64,000 nucleotides of DNA from Candidatus Doudnabacteria bacterium (lineage in GTDB: Bacteria > Patescibacteriota > Doudnabacteria > UBA920 > O2-02-FULL-48-8): assembly GCA_016186915.1 (NCBI GenBank), contig JACPKU010000004.1, forward strand, positions 67,168-131,167, given 5' to 3'. The position numbers and the translations under genes were made by a program. The notes under the pieces are model-generated. The model did not search any database. It was given only the letters and a program-made list of their open reading frames with translations, and was not told the DNA's origin. This document shows positions 19,001 through 28,874 of this stretch, in pieces; position 1 is the stretch's first letter; each line of letters opens with the position of its first letter.

Positions 19001-20959
19001 TCAAAGCTTGGCTTTTATCTTCTCTGCCAAGGAGCGGCCTACTACATTGGAAAGTTCGGTCATGTTAGCAGCTTTTAAAGCCGCGACAGAGCCAAATTTA
19101 CTGAGTAGTTGTTTTTTCTTTTGTGGTCCGATTCCGGGGATAGTGTCCAAGCTGGATAAAAGTAGGGATTGGGATCGGAGTTTGCGGTGGAAGGTTACGG
19201 CGAATCGGTGCGCTTCGTCGCGAATGCGCTGAAGGAGAAACAAAGCAATGGAATTAGGGGGAAGGGTTAAGGGTTTAGGATGCCTAGGCAGAAATATTTC
19301 CTCCAAGCGTTTGGCTAGACCAATGATAGGAATTTTTGTTTTTTTATTGTAAATTGAAAATTGAGATTTGGAAATTGCCGCGATAGCGGCGTTAAGTTGC
19401 CCGCGACCGCCGTCAATGAGGATAAGGTCAGGCAAGGGCCAGGCTTTGTTCCGTGTTCCGTGATCCGTGCCGCCTTTGGCGAGCCTCGCCTCTGGCGGGA
19501 TCCGTGACCTGGAGAATCTCCTTTCCAGCATCTCGCGCATCATAGTGTAATCGTCGGGCGTGTGTTTGCTTCGGATCTTGAATCGCCGATAATCTTGTTT
19601 TTTGGGCCGTCCGTAATCAAATACTACCATTGAGCCGACAGGATTCATCCCTTGAACATTGGAAATATCATAGGCCTCGATTCGACCGGGCAATTTGGAT
19701 AAATTAAGCACGCGTTGCAATTCTTTAAGCGAAGCAAGCAGCCTGGCTTCTTCTAGCAGATTTTTATCACCAGTGCTTTCTAAGTACTGTTTGGCGTTTT
19801 CTGTGCCGAGTTGGATGAGCTTGAGCTTCTGGCCGCGGGATGGAACGAAGATTCGCGGACGTAACTCCCCCTCACCAGCTCTCGGCAGCCGGTGAGGTAG
19901 GGAATTTCCTCTTATACTAAGAGGGGGTTTTTTTGCAGCTACACCTCCCCTTATATTAAGGGGAGGCTGGGAGGGGTTATAACCCTGGGCTGGTAATAGA
20001 ATCTCCCTCGGCCAGCTACTCGCTTCCAAATAATATTTCGGCAGAAATTCATCTAAGATTTCTGCGGGTGTTGCTCCTTTGGTGTTTTTGAGAATAAAGT
20101 TTTCTTTTCTAATCAATTTGCCTTCCCGAATGAGAAATAAATTGATCGAGCCGAGACTGCCCGTAAGATAGAGACTAAAAATATCCTGATCAACTTTTTT
20201 CGGATACACCAGTTTTTGTTTTTCTAATACTCTATTAATAGTAAAGATCTGGTCTCGGATTCGCGCCGCTTTTTCATACTGTCTGTTTCTGCTTAGTTGG
20301 CTCATTTGGGATTTTAAATCGTCGAGCGTTTTTAGCTGCCAGCCGGATAAAAGTTGGACGATCTGATCAATAGCTTTTCGATACTCCGCCAAAGAAATTT
20401 TGCCGATACAGACACCCGGACACTTGCCAATGTGATAATAAAAACATGGCTTGGTGCCAACCTTGGAATTGGAGCAATAAGGAAAAATTTTACGGATCAA
20501 ACGCAAGGTTTGTTTGATGGAATAAGAGGATGTGTAAGGGCCTAAGTAGCGCGCCGATTTACCTGCCCGCCGTAGCTTTAGCGAAGGCGGGTCGGCAATT
20601 TTGCGCTCGAAGTCTATGGTCGGGATTTCGTCCTGGATATTGATTTTTATAAACTGAAAATTTTTGTCGTCTTTCAGCATCATATTGTATTTGGGCTGGA
20701 ATTCCTTGATGAAATTGTTTTCCAAAATCAGGCTTTCGGTTTCATTGTCTGTGATCACATAGCTTAGATCCCGGATTTGGCTGATCATCTGCTGAATCCT
20801 GTTTGATCTTGCTGGGTCGGGCTGGAAATAAGAACGGACTCGGTTTTTAAGCTTGTTGGCCTTGCCCACATACAAAATATCGCCAGCGGCGTTTTTGAAA
20901 ATATAGACGCCAGGTCTGGCTGGTAGTTGTTTGGTTTTTTGAGCCATGCTTTTGCGCAT
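19001..20959 (-). CDS. uvrC: Excinuclease ABC subunit C
   Basis: N-terminal GIY-YIG (PGVYIFKN..GDILYVGKA), UvrBC-interacting region, RNase H-like domain, C-terminal HhH (IPGIGPQKKKQLLSKFGS). Carries in-frame repeat insertions (19460-19489, 19861-19995, 20566-20591). Confidence 0.85.
   Translation of the reverse strand: MRKSMAQKTKQLPARPGVYIFKNAAGDILYVGKANKLKNRVRSYFQPDPARSNRIQQMISQIRDLSYVITDNETESLILENNFIKEFQPKYNMMLKDDKNFQFIKINIQDEIPTIDFERKIADPPSLKLRRAGKSARYLGPYTSSYSIKQTLRLIRKIFPYCSNSKVGTKPCFYYHIGKCPGVCIGKISLAEYRKAIDQIVQLLSGWQLKTLDDLKSQMSQLSRNRQYEKAARIRDQIFTINRVLEKQKLVYPKKVDQDIFSLYLTGSLGSINLFLIREGKLIRKENFILKNTKGATPAEILDEFLPKYYLEASSWPREILLPAQGYNPSQPPLNIRGGVAAKKPPLSIRGNSLPHRLPRAGEGELRPRIFVPSRGQKLKLIQLGTENAKQYLESTGDKNLLEEARLLASLKELQRVLNLSKLPGRIEAYDISNVQGMNPVGSMVVFDYGRPKKQDYRRFKIRSKHTPDDYTMMREMLERRFSRSRIPPEARLAKGGTDHGTRNKAWPLPDLILIDGGRGQLNAAIAAISKSQFSIYNKKTKIPIIGLAKRLEEIFLPRHPKPLTLPPNSIALFLLQRIRDEAHRFAVTFHRKLRSQSLLLSSLDTIPGIGPQKKKQLLSKFGSVAALKAANMTELSNVVGRSLAEKIKAKL
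19460..19489. repeat. CCGCC..GGCGG palindromic element variant in frame in uvrC
   Basis: ccgcctttggcgagcctcgcctctggcgg encodes RLAKGGTDHG in UvrC. Confidence 0.6.
19861..19995. repeat. Modular G-tract hairpin repeat cluster in frame within uvrC
   Basis: cccctcaccagctctcggcagccggtgaggtaggg, cctcttatactaagaggggg, cctccccttatattaaggggagg, gggaggggttataaccc. Encodes ~45 aa (..PPLNIRGGVAAKKPPLSIRGNSLPHRLPRAGEGELRP..) without stops. Confidence 0.65.
20566..20591. repeat. CCCGCC-gtagctttagcgaa-GGCGGG hairpin element in frame in uvrC
   Basis: Encodes PPSLKLRRAG. A related loop motif, gaagctttagcg, occurs at 9399-9422 and 16436-16460. Confidence 0.55.
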
Positions 20960-20977
20960 GAACCTATGCTAACAACC

Positions 20978-21006
20978 CTTGACAAATCCGTCAAAAATGA
21001 CTAGGA
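20978..21006 (+). promoter_or_regulatory. Sigma70-like promoter TTGACA-17-TAGGAT upstream of the GC-rich gene
   Basis: ttgacaaatccgtcaaaaatgactaggatat. Confidence 0.4.
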
Positions 21007-21117
21007 TATGATGTCCTGTAATCAAGGGGACAACTGCGGCTCCGACAGAACTCGGATCCTGGGCCTCGGGATAAGGGGCAAATTGCTCTTCGGGCAAATT
21101 AGCCTGAAGGAGGGATT

Positions 21118-22056
21118 ATGAAACTCATGGATTGGGATCTTTTCGGCAAGTGGACTGGCGATGATCACCGTTCGTTGATCAGCGCTCTCGGTGAGGAGAA
21201 CGCGCGAGCCGTGAAGAGCGGCCAACTCGTTCTCAAGGTCACCAAGCCGGCAACGGAAACCGAGCCGGGAGAGTTCGTGCTGGAAGAGCCGGTCAGGCCG
21301 ATGTTCGACTCACACGGCCGGCGGATTCCGCCTCAAGGCATGAAAGCCAAGGCGGTGGATGCCAACCGCTCGTTCTACCTTGACCAGCCGAAGCTCGACT
21401 TCGGATCACGGCTGGCGCGGTTCGCCGAGCACTTCGGCTGCGGCACGTTCATGTCAGCCGATGAGTTCGAAGGCCGGTTCGTCGAGATTCTGCGGTGGCT
21501 GGCTACGGATCTGCTCACGGCCAACCTACCGATCAACGGCGTTGTGTTGCCGCTGGCCCTGCCGAAAATGCAAATCGACGACCTCGGCCAGTTCACGGAA
21601 GTGAAGCTCCTGGCCGCGGTCAAGCGGGCTTATGAGCAACAGTTCCCCGGGCGGAACTTTAAGAACTACCGCGCCGGCAAACTGGCCAAGCAGGTCAAGG
21701 TCGTGGCCGATAGCCATAACCGGCTGCTGCGGAAGCTGGCCGAAGGCCCGGTCGTGCTGGGCTACTCCCCGAACTGTCTGCAGGGATTCTCCATCCCGGC
21801 AGATCGGGAACAGATGAATACGCTGCCCGATGACTTGCTGCTGTGCGGCGTCATCGAGCCGGCAGCGGCCCTGACCACTTACTCGGACGTCCTGGCGCGT
21901 GATTACCAGACCCCGGGTCTGGATTGCGCCGCAGTCCAGTGGCAGTCGCGGGAGTTCTCGCTCTACTTCAGGGCCTACGACAGTGCGCTTGAGTTCGACC
22001 ACAGGCCTCTGCCTGCCTACGGCAACTCTTCCGGCGGCTTGTCCGTCCTCGGGTAG
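21118..22056 (+). CDS. Hypothetical protein in a GC-rich islet (~60% GC)
   Basis: Strong SD (aaggaggg, then ATG). Composition sharply different from flanks. Followed by a terminator. Confidence 0.5.
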   Translation: MKLMDWDLFGKWTGDDHRSLISALGEENARAVKSGQLVLKVTKPATETEPGEFVLEEPVRPMFDSHGRRIPPQGMKAKAVDANRSFYLDQPKLDFGSRLARFAEHFGCGTFMSADEFEGRFVEILRWLATDLLTANLPINGVVLPLALPKMQIDDLGQFTEVKLLAAVKRAYEQQFPGRNFKNYRAGKLAKQVKVVADSHNRLLRKLAEGPVVLGYSPNCLQGFSIPADREQMNTLPDDLLLCGVIEPAAALTTYSDVLARDYQTPGLDCAAVQWQSREFSLYFRAYDSALEFDHRPLPAYGNSSGGLSVLG

Positions 22057-22105
22057 TTCGTTGGTTTCTCGGTTTTTGGGATTTGGATCCTCGGTCCAAT
22101 CCTGT

Positions 22106-22139
22106 GGGAGCAATCACGTTTGGTTGCTCCCATTTTTTT
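22106..22139 (+). terminator. Rho-independent terminator (gggagcaa..ttgctccc + T7)
   Basis: Stem plus TTTTTTT. Confidence 0.55.
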
Positions 22140-22150
22140 GTCCAAGACCA

Positions 22151-22192
22151 AGCATTCCCTTTTTGCCACATATGTGGCAAAAAGGGAATGCT
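22151..22192. repeat. Perfect 42-bp palindrome centred on CATATG
   Basis: agcattccctttttgccacatatgtggcaaaaagggaatgct. Confidence 0.7.
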
Positions 22193-22333
22193 GTTGAAAG
22201 ATACAAAAGCGGTACCCCCTTGCGCCGGCGATTATTTAAGTGTATACTATCTTAGCTTAAAAAGCCGTTACATTCAACGGCTTTGTCGCCGTATTCATTT
22301 TTGAAACTTCAGGGTAACTATATAAAGGTAGTC

Positions 22334-22402
22334 CTTCGACTACGCTCAGGACGTAATTTTTACGCTCAGGACATAATTTTGATCCCTGAGTAGAATCGAA
22401 GG
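22334..22402. repeat. Hairpin-forming element CCTTCGAC..CTCAGG...CCCTGAGT..GAATCGAAGG with an internal 20-bp direct repeat
   Basis: Direct repeat tacgctcaggac(g/a)taatttt x2. Paralogous element at 62301-62360. Confidence 0.55.
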
Positions 22403-22411
22403 GTCAAAATT

Positions 22412-25279
22412 ATGCAAGAAAAAATTTCCATTCAGGGCGCGCGCGTTCACAATTTAAAAAATATCAATCTTGATATTCCCCGAAACAAGCTGGTGGTCAT
22501 GACCGGGCTTTCCGGATCAGGCAAGTCGTCTTTGGCGTTTGATACGATCTACGCAGAGGGCCAAAGACGTTACGTGGAATCCCTGTCTGCTTATGCCAGA
22601 CAGTTTTTGGGATTGATGGACAAGCCAGATGTGGACAAAATTGAAGGCTTGTCTCCGGCAATTTCCATTGACCAGAAATCCGCCTCACATAATCCTCGGT
22701 CAACCGTGGGCACTGTCACGGAAATTTATGATTATTTAAGATTGCTTTTTGCCAGAGTGGGAGTGCCGCACTGTCATGTTTGCGGCAAGAAAATTACCGG
22801 GCAAACAGTGACCCAGATGACCGATCAGATTATGAGTTATCCTGTGTCCACCAAGATTATGATTTTAGCGCCAACTGTGAAGGATCAAAAAGGCGAGCAC
22901 AAACACCTTCTGGAAGAAGCAAAGAAAAGCGGCTATCAACGAGTGCGGTTTGACGGCACAATCATGGATATTGGCGAGGCCTTGCAATTAAACGTGGATA
23001 AAAAGAAGAAGCATACTTTGGATGTCGTGGTGGACAGGGTTGCCTTGAGCGCTGAGGATCGAGCAAGAGTGGCTGACTCTTTGGAAACCGCTTTGGATCT
23101 AGGCAAGGATTCAGTAGTTATAATCGTAGATGATAAACACGAAATTTTACTTTCGTCCAATTTTGCCTGTCCCGAGGGACATATGAATCTGCCGGAGCTG
23201 AATCCCAGGAATTTTTCCTTCAATTCTCCGCACGGCGCCTGTTCTGATTGCACTGGTTTGGGCACCAGATTGGAGATAGACGAAAATCTGGTTATACCGA
23301 ATCCAAAATTGACTTTGGCCGAAGGGGCGGTGAGGCCATGGAGCAAAACCACCTCCAGACTTACCTGGTACGCTCGAGTGTTGGAGGCTTTAGGCCGCGA
23401 GTACGGATTTTCTGTAAACACGCCGGTGAAAGATCTGCCTGAAAAATTTCTTGATATCGTGTTATACGGCAGCGGCGGCAAGAAACTAAAAATTTCGGAT
23501 GACAGCGGCTATGAACGGTACACTTCTTTTGAGGGCGTGATCCCAAACCTCACCCGCCGATACAAAGAAACTGATTCTGATTATATGCGCGGCGAAATTG
23601 AGCAGTATATGAGAGTGCAAAAATGCCCGACTTGCAAAGGGCGAAGACTCAAACCCGAATTTCTGGCAGTCACCATCCAAGACAAATCCATTATTGACGT
23701 GGCACACTTGTCAATCGACGAAGCGGTGAAGTTTATGGCGGCTTTGCCCAAGAAATTTTCTGAAAAAGACTTGAAAATTTCTCATCAGATTTTAAAGGAA
23801 ATCGTGGCAAGATTGAAATTTTTACTGGATGTGGGTTTGAATTATCTCACCTTGGATCGAGGAGCAGACACTCTTTCTGGCGGCGAAGCGCAGCGGATCC
23901 GTTTGGCCACGCAGATTGGCTCTGGATTAACCGGAGTTTTGTATATTTTAGACGAGCCGTCAATCGGCCTGCACCAGCGGGACAATGCCAGATTATTGCA
24001 AACCCTAAAGAATTTGCGCGATCTTGGCAATACCGTAATCGTGGTCGAACACGACGAGGAAACTATCTGGGCTTCGGATTGGGTGGTGGACATCGGTCCG
24101 GGCGCTGGCAAACACGGCGGCGAGGTGGTGAGCGAAGGCACGCCCGCCCAAGTCTCCAAAGACCAAAAATCACTGACTGGCAAATATCTTTCTGGGCGCG
24201 AATCAATCCCGGTGCCGGCGATGCGCCGAAAAGGCAGTGCGCGGACCATTAAAATAGTCGGAGCCAGCGAGCACAATCTGCAAAATATTGACGTGGAAAT
24301 TCCCCTGGGTAAATTTGTGGCTCTAACCGGCGTATCTGGCAGCGGTAAAAGCACTTTGCTGAATGAGATATTGGCCAAAGCATTATCTGCTTATTTTTAC
24401 AATGCCAAAGAGTCACCCGGCGAGCACAAAAGAATTATGGGGACAGAAAATATTGATAAGGTGATTAATATCGACCAGTCGCCAATTGGCCGCACCCCCC
24501 GATCAAACCCCGCCACCTACACCGGCGTGTTTACCTACATCCGCGATTTATTTGCCGCAACCCCAGAAGCCAGAATGCGCGGCTACAAGGCTGGTCGGTT
24601 CAGCTTTAACGTTAAGGGCGGGCGATGCGAAGTCTGCGGCGGAGACGGGGTGATTAAAATTGAAATGCATTTTTTGGCTGATGTGTACGTCACTTGCGAA
24701 GAGTGCAAAGGCAGACGATACAATAAAGAAGCTTTGGAAATTCACTACAAAGGGAAAACCATTGCTGATGTTTTGGAAATGACCGTGGATGAAGCGCATA
24801 TCTTTTTCAGAAATATTCCCTTGATTGCGCGCAAGCTGGAGACATTGTCATTGGTGGGGTTAGGCTATATGCACTTGGGCCAGCAAGCCACCACGCTTTC
24901 AGGAGGCGAGGCCCAAAGAATCAAGCTGGCCACGGAACTTTCTCGCGCATCCACTGGCCGGACGCTGTATATTTTAGACGAACCGACCACTGGTCTTCAT
25001 TTCGACGATGTGAAAAGATTACTCGGCGTTTTGAACCGATTGGTGGACAAGGGGAATACGGTATTAATCATTGAACATAACTTGGACGTGATAAAAAATT
25101 CCGACTGGGTGATTGATTTAGGTCCCGAAGGCGGGGACAAGGGCGGGGAAGTGGTGGCTGTGGGTACGCCGGAAGAAGTGGCGAAGGTCAGAAAAAGTTA
25201 TACCGGGCAATATTTAGCGCGGGTTCTAAAGAAAGAAAAATCTAAGGTTAGAGAAAGGATTAGTGAAAAAGTTCAATAA
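22412..25279 (+). CDS. uvrA: Excinuclease ABC subunit A
   Basis: Two ABC ATPase modules ([27 protein letters not shown]), zinc-finger cysteines, LSGGEAQR signatures. 955 aa. Confidence 0.9.
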   Translation: MQEKISIQGARVHNLKNINLDIPRNKLVVMTGLSGSGKSSLAFDTIYAEGQRRYVESLSAYARQFLGLMDKPDVDKIEGLSPAISIDQKSASHNPRSTVGTVTEIYDYLRLLFARVGVPHCHVCGKKITGQTVTQMTDQIMSYPVSTKIMILAPTVKDQKGEHKHLLEEAKKSGYQRVRFDGTIMDIGEALQLNVDKKKKHTLDVVVDRVALSAEDRARVADSLETALDLGKDSVVIIVDDKHEILLSSNFACPEGHMNLPELNPRNFSFNSPHGACSDCTGLGTRLEIDENLVIPNPKLTLAEGAVRPWSKTTSRLTWYARVLEALGREYGFSVNTPVKDLPEKFLDIVLYGSGGKKLKISDDSGYERYTSFEGVIPNLTRRYKETDSDYMRGEIEQYMRVQKCPTCKGRRLKPEFLAVTIQDKSIIDVAHLSIDEAVKFMAALPKKFSEKDLKISHQILKEIVARLKFLLDVGLNYLTLDRGADTLSGGEAQRIRLATQIGSGLTGVLYILDEPSIGLHQRDNARLLQTLKNLRDLGNTVIVVEHDEETIWASDWVVDIGPGAGKHGGEVVSEGTPAQVSKDQKSLTGKYLSGRESIPVPAMRRKGSARTIKIVGASEHNLQNIDVEIPLGKFVALTGVSGSGKSTLLNEILAKALSAYFYNAKESPGEHKRIMGTENIDKVINIDQSPIGRTPRSNPATYTGVFTYIRDLFAATPEARMRGYKAGRFSFNVKGGRCEVCGGDGVIKIEMHFLADVYVTCEECKGRRYNKEALEIHYKGKTIADVLEMTVDEAHIFFRNIPLIARKLETLSLVGLGYMHLGQQATTLSGGEAQRIKLATELSRASTGRTLYILDEPTTGLHFDDVKRLLGVLNRLVDKGNTVLIIEHNLDVIKNSDWVIDLGPEGGDKGGEVVAVGTPEEVAKVRKSYTGQYLARVLKKEKSKVRERISEKVQ

Positions 25280-25313
25280 AAAAAGACCGACTTCTTCCTC
25301 GAGTCGGCCGGGA

Positions 25314-25763
25314 TCACGGCTTCCGGATCTTTAACGCGATGCTGTCGAGAGTATAGTAGTGATCCACATCATCCCACCGACAGCCAATCCGGAAGTGGAC
25401 CGAGCAGAATGTAAACGCTATGTAAGGCAGAAAAAACCAGGAGTTTTTTCTGATCCTCACCAGGCTGAACTGCCATTGTCCATTGGCCGGGATCGGTTTT
25501 GGCCCCACCTCGCCGGATGTGGCCATAGCTTGAAGATAGTGCCTGCTTCCAAAAATCATGGTCGGCGGCTCAAGTAGGGCCCGGGCGGTCATACTTCGGC
25601 ACATCCAGCTTTGGAGCGGTATGCGGTCAGCGTGCGGTTGGTTGCTCAGGTGTCTTGGGAGACCAGTGGGGATTTTCCCAAATAGAGCAAGCGCATACCC
25701 CAGGCCGATATAACCTCCGATTAGACAGAGGGACAGCTCGAGTATGGCAAGCAAAGAAGTCAT
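25314..25763 (-). CDS. Hypothetical membrane protein
   Basis: ORF with an N-terminal hydrophobic segment. Moderately GC-rich. Bidirectional hairpin at 25282-25313. Weak support. Confidence 0.3.
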   Translation of the reverse strand: MTSLLAILELSLCLIGGYIGLGYALALFGKIPTGLPRHLSNQPHADRIPLQSWMCRSMTARALLEPPTMIFGSRHYLQAMATSGEVGPKPIPANGQWQFSLVRIRKNSWFFLPYIAFTFCSVHFRIGCRWDDVDHYYTLDSIALKIRKP

Positions 25764-25909
25764 GAGTCCTCCTGTGTATTTAGAATAATATAGGTATTTT
25801 ATTAGTTACGTCAATTAAGCGTTAAGACAGGTTGTTTAGCCCTTGACCAAGTGTTTATATCATGCTAGTATGATAACATAGTTTAATAGTAAGGGGATTA
25901 GGATAGTTT

Positions 25910-26221
25910 ATGAATATTGTTCAAGGGTGGCAAAATAAGAATACCACTGCCCTATTTGAGGCGATTTTAAAGCTGAAAACCGTGCCGGAAGCCGAGGCGT
26001 TTTTCCGCGATCTCTTGACTTTGGCCGAGATTAGAGAATTAAGCACCCGACTGAAAATCGCGAAACTATTGAATAATACAGATAAGACTTATTTACAGAT
26101 TGCGAAAGAAGCCAAAACCACCACCGCGACCATTACCCGGGTAGCGCAGTGGCTGAAAAACGGCATGGGTGGGTATAAACTTATTCTCAACCGCTTAGGT
26201 CATCATTCCAACTCTTCTTGA
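25910..26221 (+). CDS. TrpR-related YerC/YecD-family DNA-binding protein
   Basis: ...ELSTRLKIAKLL..TDKTYLQIAKEAKTTTATITRVAQWLKNG matches the YerC/YecD HTH. Confidence 0.7.
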   Translation: MNIVQGWQNKNTTALFEAILKLKTVPEAEAFFRDLLTLAEIRELSTRLKIAKLLNNTDKTYLQIAKEAKTTTATITRVAQWLKNGMGGYKLILNRLGHHSNSS

Positions 26222-26265
26222 AGGGGTTGGTGAGCTTTTGTATTGCTTAATAGAAATTCTCTTCA

Positions 26266-26290
26266 ACCCCTGCAAGTCGCAGGGGTTTTT
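26266..26290 (+). terminator. Rho-independent terminator (acccctgcaagtcgcaggggttttt)
   Basis: GC stem plus T-run. Confidence 0.55.
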
Positions 26291-26304
26291 GTGAAGGAGG
26301 AGAA

Positions 26305-27075
26305 TTGACAGCGATTCATCGGGCATTCGGAGGCACTGGGCCGCACAATGCTGGCGGGATTTCCTCCCGCCGGCATTCCCCAGTTTATCTCAAAGCAGAG
26401 GAGACTGACATGGACGCACGTATTCTGAAACGGGTCAAGGCCGTTGCTAAAGTTACCGGAAAACCGGTCAGGCTGGATGACGCAACCTTGGTGTTTTTCC
26501 TCTGTCCTTGTCTCTCCAGTAAAGGGATCACGGTTCGAAAGGACGGCCTGGGATATTCGGCCAAATACGTCAATCGGCTTAGTATCACGGCAAGAGAGCG
26601 GATAAACAAGACGTTGGCTTTTAGGGCCGCCGCGGCTGACGTGGGCTGGCAGTGCGAACCTGTCGCTGTGTGGGGTTCAGCTGACGCCTTTATACTTTAC
26701 GATCAGACGGACTTTCCGCTCCTGCCCGAGAACATACCGGTCAAAGTAGTGAGTAATTATGAGCCAGTCCAGGCGCGGATTAGCGATTTCTGGTCGTATT
26801 ACGAGTCCCAGCCCTGGTTGCAGGGATGTTTACAGCGGGCCGTGAAGCAAGAACAGCAGCGCCTGCTTTCCCTGCTGCCGAATTCGTGCAGGAGTCTCCG
26901 ACTGGACTTCGTTCGTCGAGTGTTCGCAGGATTCGCATTGGACGGCATGCTCCTGCAACTTGGTACATTTGGTCGCAACCCAATCATTCTCGGCGTGGAA
27001 TCGCCAGGAGTGACCGAGCTCCAGAATGCCGTACTCCCTCCGTTTAATAGGGTACCGGTGATTCAATTGCCGTAG
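26305..27075 (+). CDS. Hypothetical protein in a GC-rich islet
   Basis: About 58% GC. SD aaggagg. Flanked by terminators at 26266-26290 and 27077-27109. The start is uncertain; an in-frame ATG lies further into the ORF. Confidence 0.45.
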   Translation: MTAIHRAFGGTGPHNAGGISSRRHSPVYLKAEETDMDARILKRVKAVAKVTGKPVRLDDATLVFFLCPCLSSKGITVRKDGLGYSAKYVNRLSITARERINKTLAFRAAAADVGWQCEPVAVWGSADAFILYDQTDFPLLPENIPVKVVSNYEPVQARISDFWSYYESQPWLQGCLQRAVKQEQQRLLSLLPNSCRSLRLDFVRRVFAGFALDGMLLQLGTFGRNPIILGVESPGVTELQNAVLPPFNRVPVIQLP

Positions 27076-27143
27076 TAAGGGGTGGAGCTGTTTCTACCCC
27101 TTCGTTTTTATAATTAATTATAATTGATCTTAAGTAAAAAAAT

Positions 27144-27848
27144 ATGATAACTTTTTATAATTGGGAATGCCCGCCTCGCTTTTTGGATATTGATGGAGGA
27201 ATCAGCTATTTAGTTGATTTGGATAAGATATTCAAAGGCCAGAAAATTGATAAATTTACAGAACTACCCAGAGTAGTATCACAATCGAAAAGAGAGATAA
27301 GAATTTTAAAAAAATTAAATTCGTTAGGTCTTAAGTATCGGTTCGTGAAAATTATTGCTGATACTAACGCTTATTATTTGACTCCCGAGAGCTTACAACG
27401 ATACGGCGAACAGAACGTCAAAAGAAAATTTTTGGAGTTTAAAACAAAGATTGAGGGGGGTATCTTAAAGTATCCGGCAAGGACAAAAGTCTTTTTGTTT
27501 ACAGAGTTAATTAAAGATTATCAGCAGTTGTATGACAAATCATTTCAAAAAGCGCTGAAACTTTTAAAACAAGACAAACTCGTATCCAAATGGTGGATAG
27601 CTGAACAATTAAAGAGAACAAAAGAACACGTTGGGATTAATGAGGCTGAAAAATTACAAGAATTTTGTTTCAGGACTATTGCCAGTTACGCTGCTGAAGG
27701 GTTGGTCTTTGGTCGGCTCTCTAAGACAAGATTTTTCGCCAATTGTGTCTGGTTGAACATCGAAGAGGCTGACGAAAGAACCATAACAATTACGAATTCT
27801 CTGAGAATTAAAGAAGGTAAGGACCCCTTGCCAATGCTATTTATGTAA
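27144..27848 (+). CDS. Hypothetical protein
   Basis: AT-rich ORF. No motif recognised. Confidence 0.4.
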   Translation: MITFYNWECPPRFLDIDGGISYLVDLDKIFKGQKIDKFTELPRVVSQSKREIRILKKLNSLGLKYRFVKIIADTNAYYLTPESLQRYGEQNVKRKFLEFKTKIEGGILKYPARTKVFLFTELIKDYQQLYDKSFQKALKLLKQDKLVSKWWIAEQLKRTKEHVGINEAEKLQEFCFRTIASYAAEGLVFGRLSKTRFFANCVWLNIEEADERTITITNSLRIKEGKDPLPMLFM

Positions 27849-27954
27849 TTTTAGCACTTGACCCAGCCTTCGCCCTATGGGCTTCGGCGGGCGGGACTCG
27901 GAATATTTATATCTGATAATTAGCGTTATCTATGGAATTGACTTTAGTTACCTC

Positions 27955-27981
27955 TTAGCACTTGACAGGGTAGAGTGCCAA
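27955..27981. promoter_or_regulatory. CIRCE operator 1 (TTAGCACTT-N9-GAGTGCCAA) overlapping a TTGACA-17-TATAAT promoter
   Basis: Matches the CIRCE consensus TTAGCACTC-N9-GAGTGCTAA. Promoter at 27962-27990. Confidence 0.7.
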
Positions 27982-28001
27982 ATATATAATGTTAAGTACG
28001 G

Positions 28002-28028
28002 TTAGCACTCGGAAGCTTAAAGTGCTAA
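28002..28028. promoter_or_regulatory. CIRCE operator 2 (TTAGCACTC-N9-AAGTGCTAA)
   Basis: Near-consensus HrcA binding site immediately upstream of hrcA. Confidence 0.75.
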
Positions 28029-28036
28029 TAAAATAT

Positions 28037-28774
28037 ATGAATCTAAGCCTCAGACAACAAAAGATTCTGGCCGCCATTATTAAAGAATACGCGGAAACCG
28101 TCTCCCCAGTAGGGTCTAAAGAACTGGCAAATAAGTATAATTTCAAGGAAAGTCCAGCCACGATCCGCAATGATATGGCAACACTTGAAAAATTAGGCTT
28201 TATCACCCAGCCTCATAAATCCGCGGGCCGGGTGCCGACTGACAAGGGTTATCGGTTTTTCGTCAATGAGCTGATGCGCCGGTTCGAGATTTCCGAAAAA
28301 GAGCGCAAGATGCTGAGAGCGCAGCTGCTGAATCTGCAATCAGAATACCAGCAGCTCGGAAGAAAATTAACCACCCTCATTTCTGAAGTTTCAGGACAAG
28401 CGGCCATCGCCTTGCTCCCAGATCAAACCTCGATTACCGGCATGTCATATTTAGTGAGTAATCCCGAGATGAGAGACGATAAGTCTGTCAGACAAGTGGC
28501 GGAATTGTTTGATCATTTAGACCGCTACGCGCCCAAGCTTCTGAAAGGAGCGCCGAATAAAACCGAAACATTTATCGGCGGAGAAACACCCCTGCCCGTG
28601 CCTAAGGATCTCAGCCTTGTAGTTTCCAGCATTAAGCTGAAAGGCAACAAAAAAGGGATGATCGGGATTTTGGGCCCCAAAAGAATGGCCTATGCCAAGA
28701 ATTTATCCTTACTTGAGTATTTGTCGAAGTTGATTTCCGGCACTGCCGTAGTGTTATTGATAATTAAGTTTTAG
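28037..28774 (+). CDS. hrcA: Heat-inducible transcription repressor HrcA
   Basis: N-terminal winged helix (LSLRQQKILAAIIKEYAETVSPVGSKELA). HrcA length. Follows CIRCE. Start at ATG 28037. Confidence 0.85.
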   Translation: MNLSLRQQKILAAIIKEYAETVSPVGSKELANKYNFKESPATIRNDMATLEKLGFITQPHKSAGRVPTDKGYRFFVNELMRRFEISEKERKMLRAQLLNLQSEYQQLGRKLTTLISEVSGQAAIALLPDQTSITGMSYLVSNPEMRDDKSVRQVAELFDHLDRYAPKLLKGAPNKTETFIGGETPLPVPKDLSLVVSSIKLKGNKKGMIGILGPKRMAYAKNLSLLEYLSKLISGTAVVLLIIKF

Positions 28775-28776
28775 TT

Positions 28777-28863
28777 GCCCCCTCTTAGAATAAGAGGGGG
28801 ATAGGGGGAGTTAGATTCAGAGGATTATAACCCCTCCCAACCTCCCCTTATATTAAGGGGAGG
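28777..28863. repeat. Modular G-tract hairpin repeat cluster
   Basis: ccccctcttagaataagaggggg, gggggagttagattc, ttataacccctcccaacc, cctccccttatattaaggggagg. Confidence 0.6.
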
Positions 28864-28874
28864 AGAATACGAAT

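Noticed and set aside
21359-22113. Multiple overlapping ORFs on both strands within 21118-22056 and 26305-27075
   Set aside because: These are typical of GC-rich DNA, where stop codons are rare in all frames. Only the longest frame with a Shine-Dalgarno and ATG was kept.
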